DNA from: Macrostomum lignano
Lineage: Eukaryota
Direction of reading: 5' to 3'
Assembly: GCA_002269645.1 (NCBI GenBank)
Contig: NIVC01000506.1
Location: 124,001 to 188,000 of the forward strand
DNA length: 64,000 nt
The notes beneath the pieces are model-generated. The model had not been told where the DNA came from. It did not search any database and saw only the letters and a list, made by a program, of their open reading frames with translations. How positions within the stretch are numbered: the stretch's first letter is position 1; the number at the start of each line of letters is the position of its first letter. This document shows positions 28,656 to 41,651 of this stretch, one piece after another. The translations under genes were made by a program, and so were the position numbers.

Positions 28656-28829
28656 GGATGTTTCCGAGGGGGCATTACAAGTAGATCTCATCTGTTACAA
28701 CAGCCTCTTCTCGAGCCCAGAATACATTAGTAGTCAGTGTGAAACTAGATTCAATTTATGCAGCTTTGCAACGAGAAAATAATTTTGACGGGGGAGAAAG
28801 ATAGAGGAAGACAGGTCAGGGACAGGCAG

Positions 28830-29300
28830 AGAGTAGAGGGGAGAGTAGAGGAGAGAGTAGATGGAAAAGTAGAGGAGAGAGCAGAGGGGAGAGCAGAGGG
28901 GGAGCAGAGGGGAGAGCAGAGGGGGAGCAGAGGGGGGAGCAGAGGGGAGAGCAGAGGGGAGAGCAGAGGGGGAGCAGAGGGGAGAGCAGAGGGGAGAGCA
29001 GAGGGGAGAGCAGAGGGGAGAGCAGAGGGGAGAGCAGAGGGGAGAGCAGAGGGGAGAGCAGAGGGGAGAGCAGAGGGGGAGCAGAGGGGAGAGCAGAGGG
29101 GAGAGCAGAGGGGAGAGCAGAGGGGAGAGCAGAGGGGAGAGCAGAGGGGAGAGCAGAGGGGAGAGCAGAGGGGAGAGCAGAGGGGAGAGCAGAGGGGAGA
29201 GCAGAGGGGAGCAGAGGGGAGAGCAGAGGGGAGCAGAGGGGAGAGCAGAGGGGAGAGCAGAGGGAGAGCAGAGGGCAGAGCAGAGGGGAGAGAGGGGAGA
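28830..29300. repeat. 12-bp purine-rich minisatellite (GAGCAGAGGGGA)
   Basis: Direct reading; begins immediately 3' of the TRMT5 stop codon. Confidence 0.95.
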
Positions 29301-29312
29301 GCAGCAGGTCTG

Positions 29313-32300
29313 CTACGCTAGTCTTGGCTTTTTGGAAGCAGTTTGATCGTCAATGCCGTCGCAAACAGCCGATGGACGGCAGCAGCTGGAGGCGGCCAGC
29401 AGGCTGGCGGGACAGCGGATCTCGGCACAGTACATGTCCTTGTTGGTGGCAACGTCGCGCACAAACCGCAGGCGGATATCGCAGGGTTGAACCCCGCCGG
29501 CCAGCCTGTCGCAGATTCGGCCAATCAGGGCGGCTTCGGCTTCGCCCCGAGAGCCGCCGGTGTCGCCGTGGCGCAGGAAGCTGTACGCGAAGATGCGGAC
29601 GGGTGGAGCGGACTTGGCGACTGCAGGATGAAGGAGTGGAAGGTTTCTATTAGAATTAGTTATGATGCTAAATATCCCTTATGCTATGCATTAGTAGTCG
29701 GTAGACAACCGTGCGATCATGCAATTTTTTCACTCTAATATGCAAGTATGGCAATTGTAAAGTAGGTTGTCACTAAAAGGGCCGTTTTAATCAGCATTTT
29801 GCTTGTTAAACAGCCTGTGATGAGGTAAGCAGTCATGTTGCCTGAGTAATACAGGTACCCTTGAATCAATATATTTCAGGAGTTTGCGCATCCTTCTACT
29901 ACTAGTAGGCATAATGAAATATTCGCTTTAAACAACGCACTCACCCTCGGGCGTCAGCAATTCCTTAACGCAGCCAACAAAGCAGTCCAGCAGGTCAACA
30001 GCCATGCCGGGCAGATTCGCGATGGCAACGACTTGCTGCTCGAAGCCGCTGGCCACGGCCTCGGCGTATCGGGGCGCGAGCACCCCGGCCACGAACTCCC
30101 TGGCGTCCATGTTGAAGGCTTTCACCAGCTCCGGCTGGCTAATTAGCTGAGATTTGCGCAGGTTCCGCCGCAGGTTGGCCTCCAGGTAGCTGTGGGCGGT
30201 CGGGTTCAGGTCATTAGCAAAGACGGTGGCGCCCAGCTTCAGGGCGGGCACGGCGAAGGGCCCCACACCGGCGCAGAGGTCGAACACGAGGTCGCCGGGC
30301 CGCAGCTTCTCAACAACGCGGTGGTGCTCAGTGCTCAGGCGGGAGTTCCAGTACACCTGGAAGCGGGGAGCGTCGAGGAATGAGGGCGATTCTGAGTGCG
30401 GATTTGAGGGCGGATTTGAGGGCGGATTTGAGAGCGATTCTGAGGGCGGATTTGAGGGCAGATTTGAGGGCGGATTTGAGGGCAGATTTGAGGGCGGATT
30501 TGAGGGCGATTCTGAGGGCGGATTTGAGGGCAGATTTGAGGGCGGATTTGAGGGCGATTCTAAGTGCGGATTTGAGGGCGGATTTGAGGGCGAACCCTGA
30601 GGGCGGATTTGAGGGCGATCCGAAGGGGGATTTGAGGAGTATTCTGAGGGCGGATATAAGGGCGGATTTGAGGGCGGATATAAGGGCGGAATTGAGGGTG
30701 ATTCTGAGGGCGGATTTGAGGGCGGATATAAGGGCGGATTAGAGGGTGATTCTGAGGGCGGATTTGAGGGCGATTCTTAGGGCGGGTTTGAGGGTGATTT
30801 TTAGGGCGGATCTGAGGGCGGATTATGAGTGAGATTAATAGATATTTAAAGGACAAGTACGCGATTCAATTACAGATTAGCAGGCAGCTCACCTTGGAGA
30901 AGTCCAGCTCGAACTCCAGGCCGTACTCCTTGTGCAAGGTCACATAGTTTGGCTCTCCGGCCAGCAGCTCCAGTTCGAAGTTTCGATACTCGTTGTTAAT
31001 CTGGCTGCGCTTGTTGACCACAGTCCTGATGTTAGGCAGCTTGCTGATCACCACCTGTACGATTTTGACCGGATTGCTCTACTTCCGAGTAGTATATTGG
31101 GGTGGCTACAACTAATTAGGGACCTGCCGACCAACTAAATTGGGAAGCTGATGGCCAACTAAATTGGGGTGCTGATGACCAACTAAATTGGGAAGCTGAT
31201 GACCAATTAAATTGGGGTGCTGATGACCAACTAAATTGGGAAGCTGATGGCCAACTAAATTGGGGTGCTGATGGCCAACTAAATTGGGGTGCTGATGACC
31301 AACTAAATTGGGGTGCTGATGGCCAACTAAATTGGGGTGCTGATGACCAACTAAATTGGGGTGCTGATGGCCAACTAAATTGGGAAGCTGATGACCAACT
31401 AAATTGGGGTGCTGATGACCAATTAAATTGGGGTGCTGATGACCTACTAAATTGGGGTGCTGATGACCAACTAAATTGGGGTGCTGATGACCAACTAAAT
31501 TGGGGTGCTGATGACCTACTAAATTGGGGTGCTGATGACCAATTAAATTGGGGTGCTGATGACCTACTAAATTGGGGTGCTGATGACCAACTAAATTGGG
31601 GTGCTGATGACCTACTAAATTGGGGTGCTGATGACCAACTAAATTGGGGTGCTGATGACCAACTAAATTGGGAAGCTGATGACCAACTAAATTGGGGAAC
31701 TGATGACCTACTAAATTGGGGTGCTGATGACCAACTAAATTGGGGTGCTGATGACCAATTAAATTGGGGTGCTGATGACCTACTAAATTGGGGTGCTGAT
31801 GACCAACTAAATTGGGGTGCTGATGACCAACTGCTGATAACCTACTAAATTGCTGATGACCAACTAAATTGATGACCATCTAATTTGAGAAGTTAATAAC
31901 CGACAAAGCCGGGATTAAGTGCTCCGTGAACCCAAATATCACAAGCCCAAGCGCGCACACCTGCCCAATAAGCTGTCCGTAGGGCAGGACTTCCTCTTTC
32001 AGATTGAAATGCGCAATGTGGCCTACAACGCTAAACGAGGACAGCTGGGTGTTGGGCGGCAGCAGGCGGTCCAGCACTGCCGATAGCGAGTAGTGCTCAT
32101 AGGTGACCGCCACAGTGCGGGTCTCCAGCTGGTCGGCCTGCAACTTGTCGCCAAGGTTAACGCCGAACTCCGCCAGATGGGCCAGCTCGGCCTGGTTCAG
32201 CAGGGACTGGCGTCTGCGGATTTCGCGCAAAATCGAGATTGACTAGTTGAAATGCATTCCATCTACTAATAGTAGCACAATAGAAAATTTTTATTCAGAA

Positions 32301-32982
32301 CATAAAACTGGTTTTCCAAGGGCGCCCCTTAAGTAGGACGGAAACTTCCGTCGTTTCCAGGAAAATCCTATATTTATAAAGCGCATGCATTAAAACTGCT
32401 GCTAGTAACATGACAAATATCCAATAGTAACAATAAATTAGGCTGTCAGAAGGCGCGCCGCGCCTCAAGGCTTGGGTGCCAAGGCAGGCCGCGGCCACCG
32501 ACCGAATCCGTAGCGCCGGCGTCAGTCAGCAGGCAGTCGATGAAACTGCACGCCTGTCCTCGACTCCTGCGCCGGCGAAACAGGTCGCTTGGACGGACTA
32601 CTAATAGTAGCACAGTTGAGATTCGTGGCTATTAAATAAAAATTAAATGATGACAATACCTGTCTAGGAGTTTCGGATCCATCAGCGCCAGCTTGGTGCC
32701 GGCGTCGGGACCTTCAACAATGCTGGCCAGTTTCACAAAGCTGGGCATGAGCTTCTTCAAAGTGCCGATGCAGCTCTTAAGCTTTGCAGTAGGAACTGGC
32801 AGCGCTTTTAGCTGCACAGTATGGTTAAAATCTGATTTCACCAGCTCGGTGCAACCAACACAGCTGATTGATTGCGTTAGGCTACTGGCAGTAGTGCATG
32901 TGCCAATCGGTGATGAAGCCATGCCAATCACGGGGGGCAGCTGTTTTAACAAACTGCAAGCAGATCTGCAGATAGAAAACAT
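29313..32982 (-). CDS. TRMT5: tRNA (guanine-37-N1)-methyltransferase Trm5, about 485 aa
   Basis: Exons 32982-32660, 32213-31961, 31054-30893, 30356-29945, 29620-29313 join in frame (1458 nt). SFSVVGHIAHFNL, TVVNK...YRNFELELLAGE, DFSKVYWNSRLSTEH, SAM motif DLCAGVGPF, NDLNP, ANLP, VRDVATNKDMYC. Confidence 0.93.
30385..30825. repeat. 12-bp minisatellite (GAGGGCGGATTT) in TRMT5 intron 3
   Basis: Direct reading. Confidence 0.95.
31128..31878. repeat. 24-bp minisatellite, about 30 units, in TRMT5 intron 2
   Basis: Unit CCAACTAAATTGGGGTGCTGATGA. Confidence 0.96.
32280..32597 (-). mobile_element. Probable 5'-truncated non-LTR retroelement or SINE insertion in TRMT5 intron 1
   Basis: Flanked by identical 17-bp direct repeats CTACTAATAGTAGCACA (32263-32279, 32598-32614); on the minus strand a GC-rich 5' part, a GGAAAC/GTTTCC hairpin and AATAAA just before the 3' end. 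Confidence 0.6.
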
Positions 32983-33111
32983 GAATTAACAAACGGCAGC
33001 TATGATATAGTTTAGCTAAAAGTTCTGCCTGCACTTTATTCATCTATATCAGAGGTCGGAAAACTTTTTTACCTAAAGGACCAGGTAGAAAATCTAGTGC
33101 ATGACTGCGGG

Positions 33112-33572
33112 CAAGAGGAGAGAGATGGTCAGATGGAATAGAGAAGATAGAAGAGATAGAAGAAAGGAGAGGCGACGGAATAAAGAAGAGAGGAGAGACG
33201 AAATAGGGGAGAAAAGAGAGGAGAGAGAGAGAGGAGGGAGAGAAGGCAGGGGAGAGGAGAGGAGAGAGAGAGAAGAGAGAGAGAGAGGCGAGGAGAGGAG
33301 AGAGGAGAGGAGAGATAGGAGAGAGGAGAGAGGCGAGGAGGAGAGAGGAGAGGAGAGGAGAGGATAGAAGAGAAGAGGAGAGAGGCGAGGAGAGGAGAGA
33401 GGAGAGAGGAGAGAAGAGGAGAGGAGAGGAGAGCAGAGGAGAGGAGGAAGGAGAGGAGAGGAGAGGAGAGGAGAGGAGAGGAGAGGAGAGGAGAGAAGAG
33501 GAGAGAAGAGAGGAGAGAAGAGGAGAGGAGAGAAGAGAGGAGAGAAGAGGAGAGGAGAGGAGAGAAGAGGAC
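33112..33572. repeat. Polypurine (GGAGA/GAAGA)n low-complexity tract
   Basis: Direct reading; a smaller similar tract lies at 36780-36920. Confidence 0.9.
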
Positions 33573-36322
33573 TAGATTGCTATTGAACAATTAGTTCCAA
33601 AAGACTCAAAAGATATGTGACCCATGGGCCAGAGTTTTTTCTTTGATCTATATCAAAATATGCTATTTTGGCAATTTGTATTATGTTAGACAAAGCTAAA
33701 TTATAAAAAGTGAAGTAAAGTGGCATAATTTATCTTTATATAATATAGAAAGTGAGATTATATAGTATCAATGTTCTGCCTAATTTGAGTGTAATAAATT
33801 ATATAAGTCAACTTTATATGGCTATCTCTACTTTAAGCCGAGCAAGCTAAGAGTTAATAAAGTTAGTTAGCTACATGGATTAGCATATGCCAGCTATTAT
33901 AGACCAGTTCAATTTTGTTTAAAATTTTATCAAATTTTAAAATTTTAAATTACATAGCTTAACTTTGTTAAATAACCTTTTCCTTTATTATACCATATAC
34001 CATAATTAATTTAAATATTTCAAACATTAAATCAATATAGCTTTAACAATGACTAATGAGTTTTTTTTATCTAATTTAATATACTAGTCTTAATGAGTCT
34101 TATATTAAGCCTTAATGATCAGTTAGAGGTTATATATCATAGTAACTATTATATAAAATATAGCAAATATCAAATTAATACAAAGACTTATTCCAAAATA
34201 TATTTAATGTAGGCTTAGTACTATATCAATAAACATACATATAATATGTAGTACAAATTTATAAGATTAGTAAAATGAAGTAAATTATAATTTTGGTATG
34301 CAATAATATAACATGACATGGACTAGACATGCTATTATATAGGGCCTAATATTAATGTCTTTATATAGTAGGCCTTGGCCCTCAGACAGTTTTGACTTAG
34401 TTTTATTATGACTAGGCCCCCTAGGAATAGTTAATATGAAGTTAGGAATGATATAAAACTATTAGCTGTTAGGCTATTAGCCAATTGCCATTGTCATTTG
34501 CATTTGCATTGGTTTTATCCCAAACTAGCCCTAGACCTAGACCTAGTTAGAACAATCTCTATTAAAGTCAAGATAAGCAAAAAGTGAAAGACAAAGAATT
34601 TTAGTAGCTACAATGGTATTAGAAATATGCTAGGTACATTGCTTGGAAACTTTACTTCCAAATCAATTATCAATTAATTGTCTGTACAAGAATCAAGATA
34701 TAGGGCATAGAAGACTTGTTGTTGTTTCTAGTTAGATAGTATAAGTAGCCTCTGGTTTTTTTCCGAGAGAGACAGGCAGTGCCAGGCACAGCAAAAAATC
34801 AATAAAATTATTAGAAGCTATAATGTTATCATAATCATTTTTAAAAATGTACGATGTCGATGTACTTAATTATGGACTTACACTACAGATTTTCGGTAAC
34901 AGGACCACCACATGTCACCTACGGTAATTTGTAAGCCGATCGACATGTTGAAATAATGAAAAAAGCAGTATTAGGCCTAGCTTACAATTCTTATTGTAAT
35001 TTTATACATATGAAAAATGCTAAAGTTGCTTCTCCATAAGTATAACATCATATGTACGCACCACACCCAAAGGAATATCTCACCCAATACACTTTTGTTG
35101 AGCTGAATGTACATTTTCCGTGGCACTGAAATTCAAAATAGTATACAAAGTCACAATTCAAAGATACTTAACGTAACGCCTTCCAGATGTCTGGCTTTTG
35201 TATTAGTTATTAGATCACATGGATCTGAATAAGTACAGTTCTGGCAGACTGCGTACTTAGCTACTTGATATAATATTTTTGTAGGCCTACTTGAATTGCA
35301 AATAATTATTCAATATACAAGCAAATAATTTGCTTCAATTGCCCAACAATTGTTTAACAATTGCCTACTATTCAAAAGTAAAACGTTTCGAAGTGTACTG
35401 GGCCTAGGACAGGTTAGGCCTATATTTGAATTCAATATTTGTAACTTTGCAATAATTCTGTATTCATTTAAAGCACACTCAGAATGAAAATTGTTATCTT
35501 AATTGCATTCTAGTAGAGACAAAGATTACTTTATTTTGAAATACTATCAAAGTTATCTATTGGTAACAATAAAACTCATTTGATTGACCAACATGAAGTC
35601 AGGTAAGAATTATTTAAAGAGTTTGTTGTGTAATTTGATAACCACTAGCCCATAAAGCCTATAATAAACAAAGAAATATTTTGATGCAGGATGCTATTAT
35701 ATTTATATAAATAGGGTCCATTTGATTTATAAGGACAAATAAATTTTTTTACATAATTACTAATTGAAAATACCAAATAGTCAAACCTCTTTTAAAGTTA
35801 TTATTAAATGGCAAATATTAATTAATTTATATGCTTAATTTTGCCTAGTAATTTTAAGAATATTAATAATGATAGACTTAGGAAAAAGTATCCCATTGTA
35901 TGAAAACCTATCCATATTTATAGGTCTAAAAGTTTTTTTTCCTTTAGTTCTATTTTATACCTTGTCTTAACTATATCTTATTAATTATAATTAAATTTAA
36001 ATCAAGGAATATATATTTTTGGTATTCCTTGACTATATAATAAAAGCCTATAATTGATATGCTTCTATAAAGATTTTTGTAGAACTTATGTTTCTATACT
36101 TTTTCTAGAGCTTTTTGAGTAATAATAAATCTTGAAAATGGTTTAGTCTTAACTATAACTAAAATATGATTATGATGAAAATAAAAGTTTATTTTACTAT
36201 GTTTTTCACTTAGAAACTGCATGCTGTGTGTTTTAAATATTTTGTTTAGTTTTAAGCAAACAATGAATATTACATAACTAAAGAAATCCCATCTTTCCCA
36301 AACTTGACCCTCCACCTCATAG

Positions 36323-39155
36323 CCATCTTCAATGAGCAAAAGGTGCATACTGTGCTGGCCACCCCTGGCCAGAGTGAGAAGGCCCAGGAGATCTCCTTCA
36401 CAGACATGAAGTCCATTGGCAATGGCAGTTTTGGCGTAGTCTACCAGGCCACAATGGTTGCCAACAAGGAGGTCGTGGCCATCAAGAAAGTGCTGCAGGA
36501 CAAACGGTTCAAGAATCGAGAATTGCAGATAATGAGATCGATTGAGCATCAGAATATTGTCTCGCTGAAGTACTTCTTCTACTCCAGTGGCGAAAAGGTG
36601 TGCAAATCAGATTTTTATAAATTCAAAATTTTCTTGAACTTTTAACTTCGCAAAAGTGCAGTTACATGCTTTCAAAGCAACCAGAAAAGCCAGAGTAGGC
36701 CATCGCCCACACAGAGGATCTTGGTAAGAATTAGGGATTTTGTTACTAGTTACTTAAACAATGAGAAAAATATGTCAGGATAGAGAGGAGAGAATGAATA
36801 GAGGAGAGAGGGAGAAAGTAGAGAGAAGGGGAAAAGGAGAGGAGAGGTCTCCTTACAGGGGTACAGGAGAAGAAAGAGAGTAGAAAGAAGAGAGAAGAGA
36901 GAAGAGGGGATAGAAGAGAGAGAACAGTCAAAAAGGCAATCAACTTTGACGACGACAACAACAAAAAATACTTCTTCTGCCAGCCACGCAGTGGCCAGAA
37001 AGGAGGGAGAACTCAGAGAAGCGCCATAGACCTCAAAAAGTCACCCCCCTGCTTGGTCCGGGGCGTCAGCATCAGTCAAAAGCCGGTCAGGGTATCTCGC
37101 CGTTCGACCTTGGCCTGGCCTGAGCGGTCCCAGCAGCTTGTACAGGATATGGATACGGATAGGCTACGAAAACTTTCAAGAGGCTACGGATACGGATAGG
37201 CTACGCCAGGGGCTCAAAACTGCATGGGTATATCGGGTGCTGGAGTTTCGCCTGCGGAGCCAAAACGAGTTTGACAGAGTTCTTTTAATAATGGCGTATT
37301 ACGACAGTGCTTGGTCCCTCCACCGAAAAATCGATAAAAATCCAAACAATGCCTCCATTAAATAAAAGTTATGACTGATTTGAGTCGCCCATTCTCGATC
37401 ACAGAAGGACGAGGTGTACCTGAACCTGGTGCTGGAGTTCATGCCGGACACCGTGTATCGGGTGTGCCGGCACTACAGCCGGCACTCGCAGACCATCCCG
37501 CTGCTGCACTCCAAGCTCTACGCCTACCAGATGTTCCGCTCGCTGGCCTTTCTGCACAGCCGCGGCATCTGCCACAGGGACATCAAGCCGCAGAATCTGC
37601 TGCTCAACCCCGAGACTGGTGTGCTCAAACTGTGCGACTTTGGCAGCGCCAAGCACCTGCAGCGGGGCGAGCCGAATGTGTCCTACATCTGCAGCCGCTA
37701 CTACAGGGCTCCCGAGCTCATCTTCGGGGCCACCCACTACACCTGCCAGATTGGTGAGCCGCTGGGGTGGATGGTTGCACTGTGGGGTGTGTGAGTTGCA
37801 CTTTGGGATGGATGGTTTGCCCTGTGAGGTGGATGGTTGCACTGTGGGGTGGATGCTTGCACTATGGGGTGTGTGGGTTGCACTGTGGGGTGGTTGGGTT
37901 GCACTGTGTAGTGGATGGTTTGCACTGTGGGGTGGGTGGGTTGCACTATGGGGTGTGTGAGTTGCACTGTGTGTGGGTGGGTTGCACTGTTGAGTGGATG
38001 GATTGCACTGTGGGGTTGCCCTGTGGTTGAGCCACAGAGGATGCACCAGCTGCCCGGCTTCAATGTCCCCTCCATGGAGCCCCGCATCCAACCCTTCCGT
38101 CGCAGACATCTGGTCAGCCGGCTGCGTGGTTGCTGAGCTGTTGCTGGGCAAGCCGCTGTTTCCCGGCGACACGGGCGTTGACCAGCTGGTGGAGATCATC
38201 AAAGTGCTGGGCACGCCAACCAGGGAGCAAATCTCGGAGATGAACCCCGATTACACCGAGTTCAAGTTTCCCCAGATTCCCGGGTAATTTACATTTCCTG
38301 CTTTGAGCACACGCAGTTGTTATTGGAGCCGGGCTAACCCCAAACCGTTGATTGCGTCTCCAGCGTGCCCTGGCAGAAGGTGTTCCGGCCGCGGACTCCA
38401 TCTGAGGCCATCAACCTCATCACCCGGCTGCTGATCTACCGGCCGCAGCAGCGGGTCAGCCCTCTGGAAGCCTGCAGTCACCAGTTCTTTGACGAGCTTC
38501 GGGCCGAGTCTACCCGACTGTCCTCTGGGCAGCCGCTGCCTCTGCTGTTCAACTTCAGCCAGGCCGGTATGCTTTGATTGGCAGGCGGGCTGTAGGGGTA
38601 GAGAGCTGGTAGAGTAAGTAGTCAGCTGGTAGGGTAGATAGCCAGATAGTAGAGTAGACAGTCACCTTAAAGGGTGGACATTCTGATGGTAGGGTAGGTG
38701 TCTAACTGGTGGGTAGACACTTACAAGTAGACAGCTGGCAGTGTAGACAGCTGGCACTGTAGACAGCTTGCAGTGTAGACAGCTGGCACTGTAGACAGCT
38801 TGCAGTGTAGACAGCTGGCAATGTAGACAGCTGGCAATGTAGACAGCTAGCAATGTAGACAGCTTGCAGTGTAGACAGCTTGCAGTGTAGACAGCTGGCA
38901 GGATAGACAGCTGGCAGGATAGACAGCTGGCAGGATAGACAGCTGGCAGGACAGGCAGTCAGCAGGTGCAGAATGCAGCAGTGAGCACCCGAACCCGCAG
39001 AGCTGTCAATCAAGCCGGAGCTCAGCACCAGCCTGATTCCGCAGCACGCGGCAGCCACCACCGCCGCCTCAGGCGAGGGACCCAGCAGCGTTGGCGGCGG
39101 CGGCACTTCAAAGTCGACAGCCGCTGCTTCCGCTAGCGGTGGCGGCAACGTTTGA
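36323..39155 (+). CDS. GSK3: Glycogen synthase kinase 3 (GSK3/shaggy), 5' exon unresolved
   Basis: Exons 36323 (or 36343)-36597, 37405-37753, 38106-38283, 38364-38566, 39001-39155 join in frame. [95 protein letters not shown]. Confidence 0.95.
37765..38032. repeat. ~20-bp degenerate minisatellite (GGTTGCACTGTGGGGT) in a GSK3 intron
   Basis: Direct reading. Confidence 0.9.
38724..38952. repeat. 16-bp minisatellite (GTAGACAGCTGGCA core) in the last GSK3 intron
   Basis: Direct reading. Confidence 0.9.
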
Positions 39156-40480
39156 AGTATCAATTTAGATCCGAGCGGGTTCGCATCCCCGGCCGAGGGC
39201 AAGGCTAACCCAGGATTGATTTCTGAGCTTGCTTGCAGCCAGCAGCAGCAGACTTTGTGTTGCTAGGGCCCCGCAATGTAGATGACCCACCCACCCTTCC
39301 CCCAGCTCAGCACTGGCCTGTTTGCTTCTGTTTCCGAGCTTCTTGCCCTGCTTAAACTCCTTTTTTTCTGCTTTTCTCCGCTTCAGCTGAAGCCAGTAGT
39401 GGATTCATTTGTTGCTTTCATTTCTTGATCAGTTTGCATCTGCAATAATCACTTAGTTTTCATAGCCGGGCTCGTATCTGTGCACCGCCTGGTCTAGTTA
39501 TTCTCATTCATACAGACACACACCTATATATACATATATATGATTTTCTGCACTCGGTCAAGTCTGCGCGCCCTCTTTGTGTCACAAATTTTGCGTCAGG
39601 TTATAACTATTGTGTTGTCCGGAATTCCCAGTCCATGCACCTGAATCACGGGGCTGCAAGCTACGGCCCGCGAAGCTGGCCGTCGGGTCCTTAAAAATTC
39701 ACAATAGCAATCCGACCCGCTCAAGGTTCGTGTCTCTTCTCAGGTCTCTTCTCTTCCCCCTCCTCTCCTCTTTTCTCTCATCTGTCATCTGTGATCTTCT
39801 ATTCCCTCTACTTTCAATTTTCATTTGGCCCGCAGCCTTGAGCCGGATTCTTCACCTGACCCTGGAGATAAAAAAGTTTGCTAACCCGTTACCTATAGAA
39901 TGAATTGTGTTAGCAATGAATGTCTGCAGTCTGTGCGCAACTTTTTCTGGTGTCTATTTTCCTCGTTAAGTGTCGTACGGATGTGTCAGGATGCCTAGTC
40001 GCTCTGTAGTGTGTCAGACACGAAGGCAATTTGCCTCGTGCAATTCCGCATGCAGCTCCGCACGCTCTCTGTGTGTTATTCCACACCCTCTGTTATTCTC
40101 TTGTAGAGCAATGCCAGCCCTTCAAATTATATCGCCAGGGTTTACTGCTTTCAGTTTTGCTTCGCGTGAACTTTTTTTTGCTTTTTTATCGCTACGACTA
40201 CAGAAGTGTTAAATATTACCTATTTAGTCCTCATCGCTGTCTGCTTTTATTTTAGCTTGTTTACACGGCTCGGCAATTCTGCAAACATTCAAGTTTTCAA
40301 ACTGAAAATGAGCAAACTTACTACAGCTTCATAGTTTAATCAGTCACTTCTACGGCTGCAGTGTCCTCTGTACAGTCCACGGAGGGTTTCCAGTTCGTCT
40401 GCATAGCCAACCAATCAAATCAAGTCTAGCCTGCCTTTTAAGCTGGGCAAGGAAGCTATGCTAAAATAAACTAGCTCGTA

Positions 40481-41163
40481 TAGTCACGTGACACAGTCTG
40501 CTACACTTATATTTAGCTATGCTCAAGCAAACTTTAGTCACGTGACACAGTCAGCTACACTTATATTTAGCTATGCTCAAGCAAACTTTAGTCACGTGAC
40601 ACAGTCAGCTACACTTATATTTAGCTATGCTCAAGCAAACTTTAGTCACGTGACACAGTCTGCTACACTTATATTTAGCTATGCTCAAGCAAACTTTAGT
40701 CACGTGATGACACAGTCAGCTACACTTATATTTAGCCATGCTCAAGCAGACTTTAGTCACGTGACACAGTCTGCTGTACAGTATATTTACGGTAGCTATG
40801 CTCAAACAAACTAGTCACGTGAAACAGTCTTCTGCTACACTTATTTAGCTATGCTCAAACAAACTATAGTCACGTGACACAGTCTGCTACATTATATTTA
40901 GCTATGCTCAAACTATAGTCACGTGACACAGTCTGCTACATTATATTTAGCTATGCTCAAAATAGTTATAGTCACGTGACACAGTCTGCTACATTATATT
41001 TAGCTATGCTCAAACTAGTTAGTCACGTGACACAGTCTGCTACATTATATTTAGCTATGCTCAAACTAGTTAGTCACGTGACACAGTCTGCTACATTATA
41101 TTTAGCTATGCTCAAACTAGTTAGTCACGTGACACAGTCTGATACATTATATTTAGCTATGCT
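40481..41163. repeat. ~40-47-bp minisatellite, about 15 units
   Basis: Unit AGTCACGTGACACAGTCTGCTACA(C)TTATATTTAGCTATGCTCAA... Confidence 0.95.
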
Positions 41164-41651
41164 CATAATCTACTACTCGTAGGACTAGTATTAGCCGTGG
41201 ATGCCTTGGCTTCTCAATCGCCTCCAATCCAACTGTGTTGGTTGGCACACTAATTTGTTCTCGTTTCAACTGCTCAGCCGACGAGCTTTCGGCAGACGAA
41301 TCGAATGGAACCTTATAGTCCACGAAGTGCAGGTTGGCAATCGAAGGCAAACAATTGAGTTTATGAGCAATTGAACTTATTTTGTCATGGAAGCACAGCT
41401 AGCCCTGTCTTATATATATCCTAATCAATCTGTGCTTTTCCGTCGCGTACTTTTGTTGAAAGACCATCGACGGCCCGAGTAAACCGAGTAGGCGTGGCGA
41501 TGCCCGCAATTCATTTCTCACTGCGCTGTCTGTGCACTGTTTTTAATAGTCATCGCATCGCACTGGACATTCGCTGCCTGCACGAATATTGAATTGGCTT
41601 CGTTACTCGATTCTGTAAGACATTTGCGGCAAAGTAGGTTCACACAATAAG

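Noticed and set aside
37145-37210. GGATACGGATAGGCTAC direct repeat in a GSK3 intron as a transposon end
   Set aside because: Only two copies, with no partner terminus or TSD identified.
41153-41350. Coding function for the conserved core of the composite repeat (SSAESSSAEQLK / SSAGSSSVEQLK)
   Set aside because: The similarity is short, frames break in copy 2, and the same motif also appears inverted within the element.
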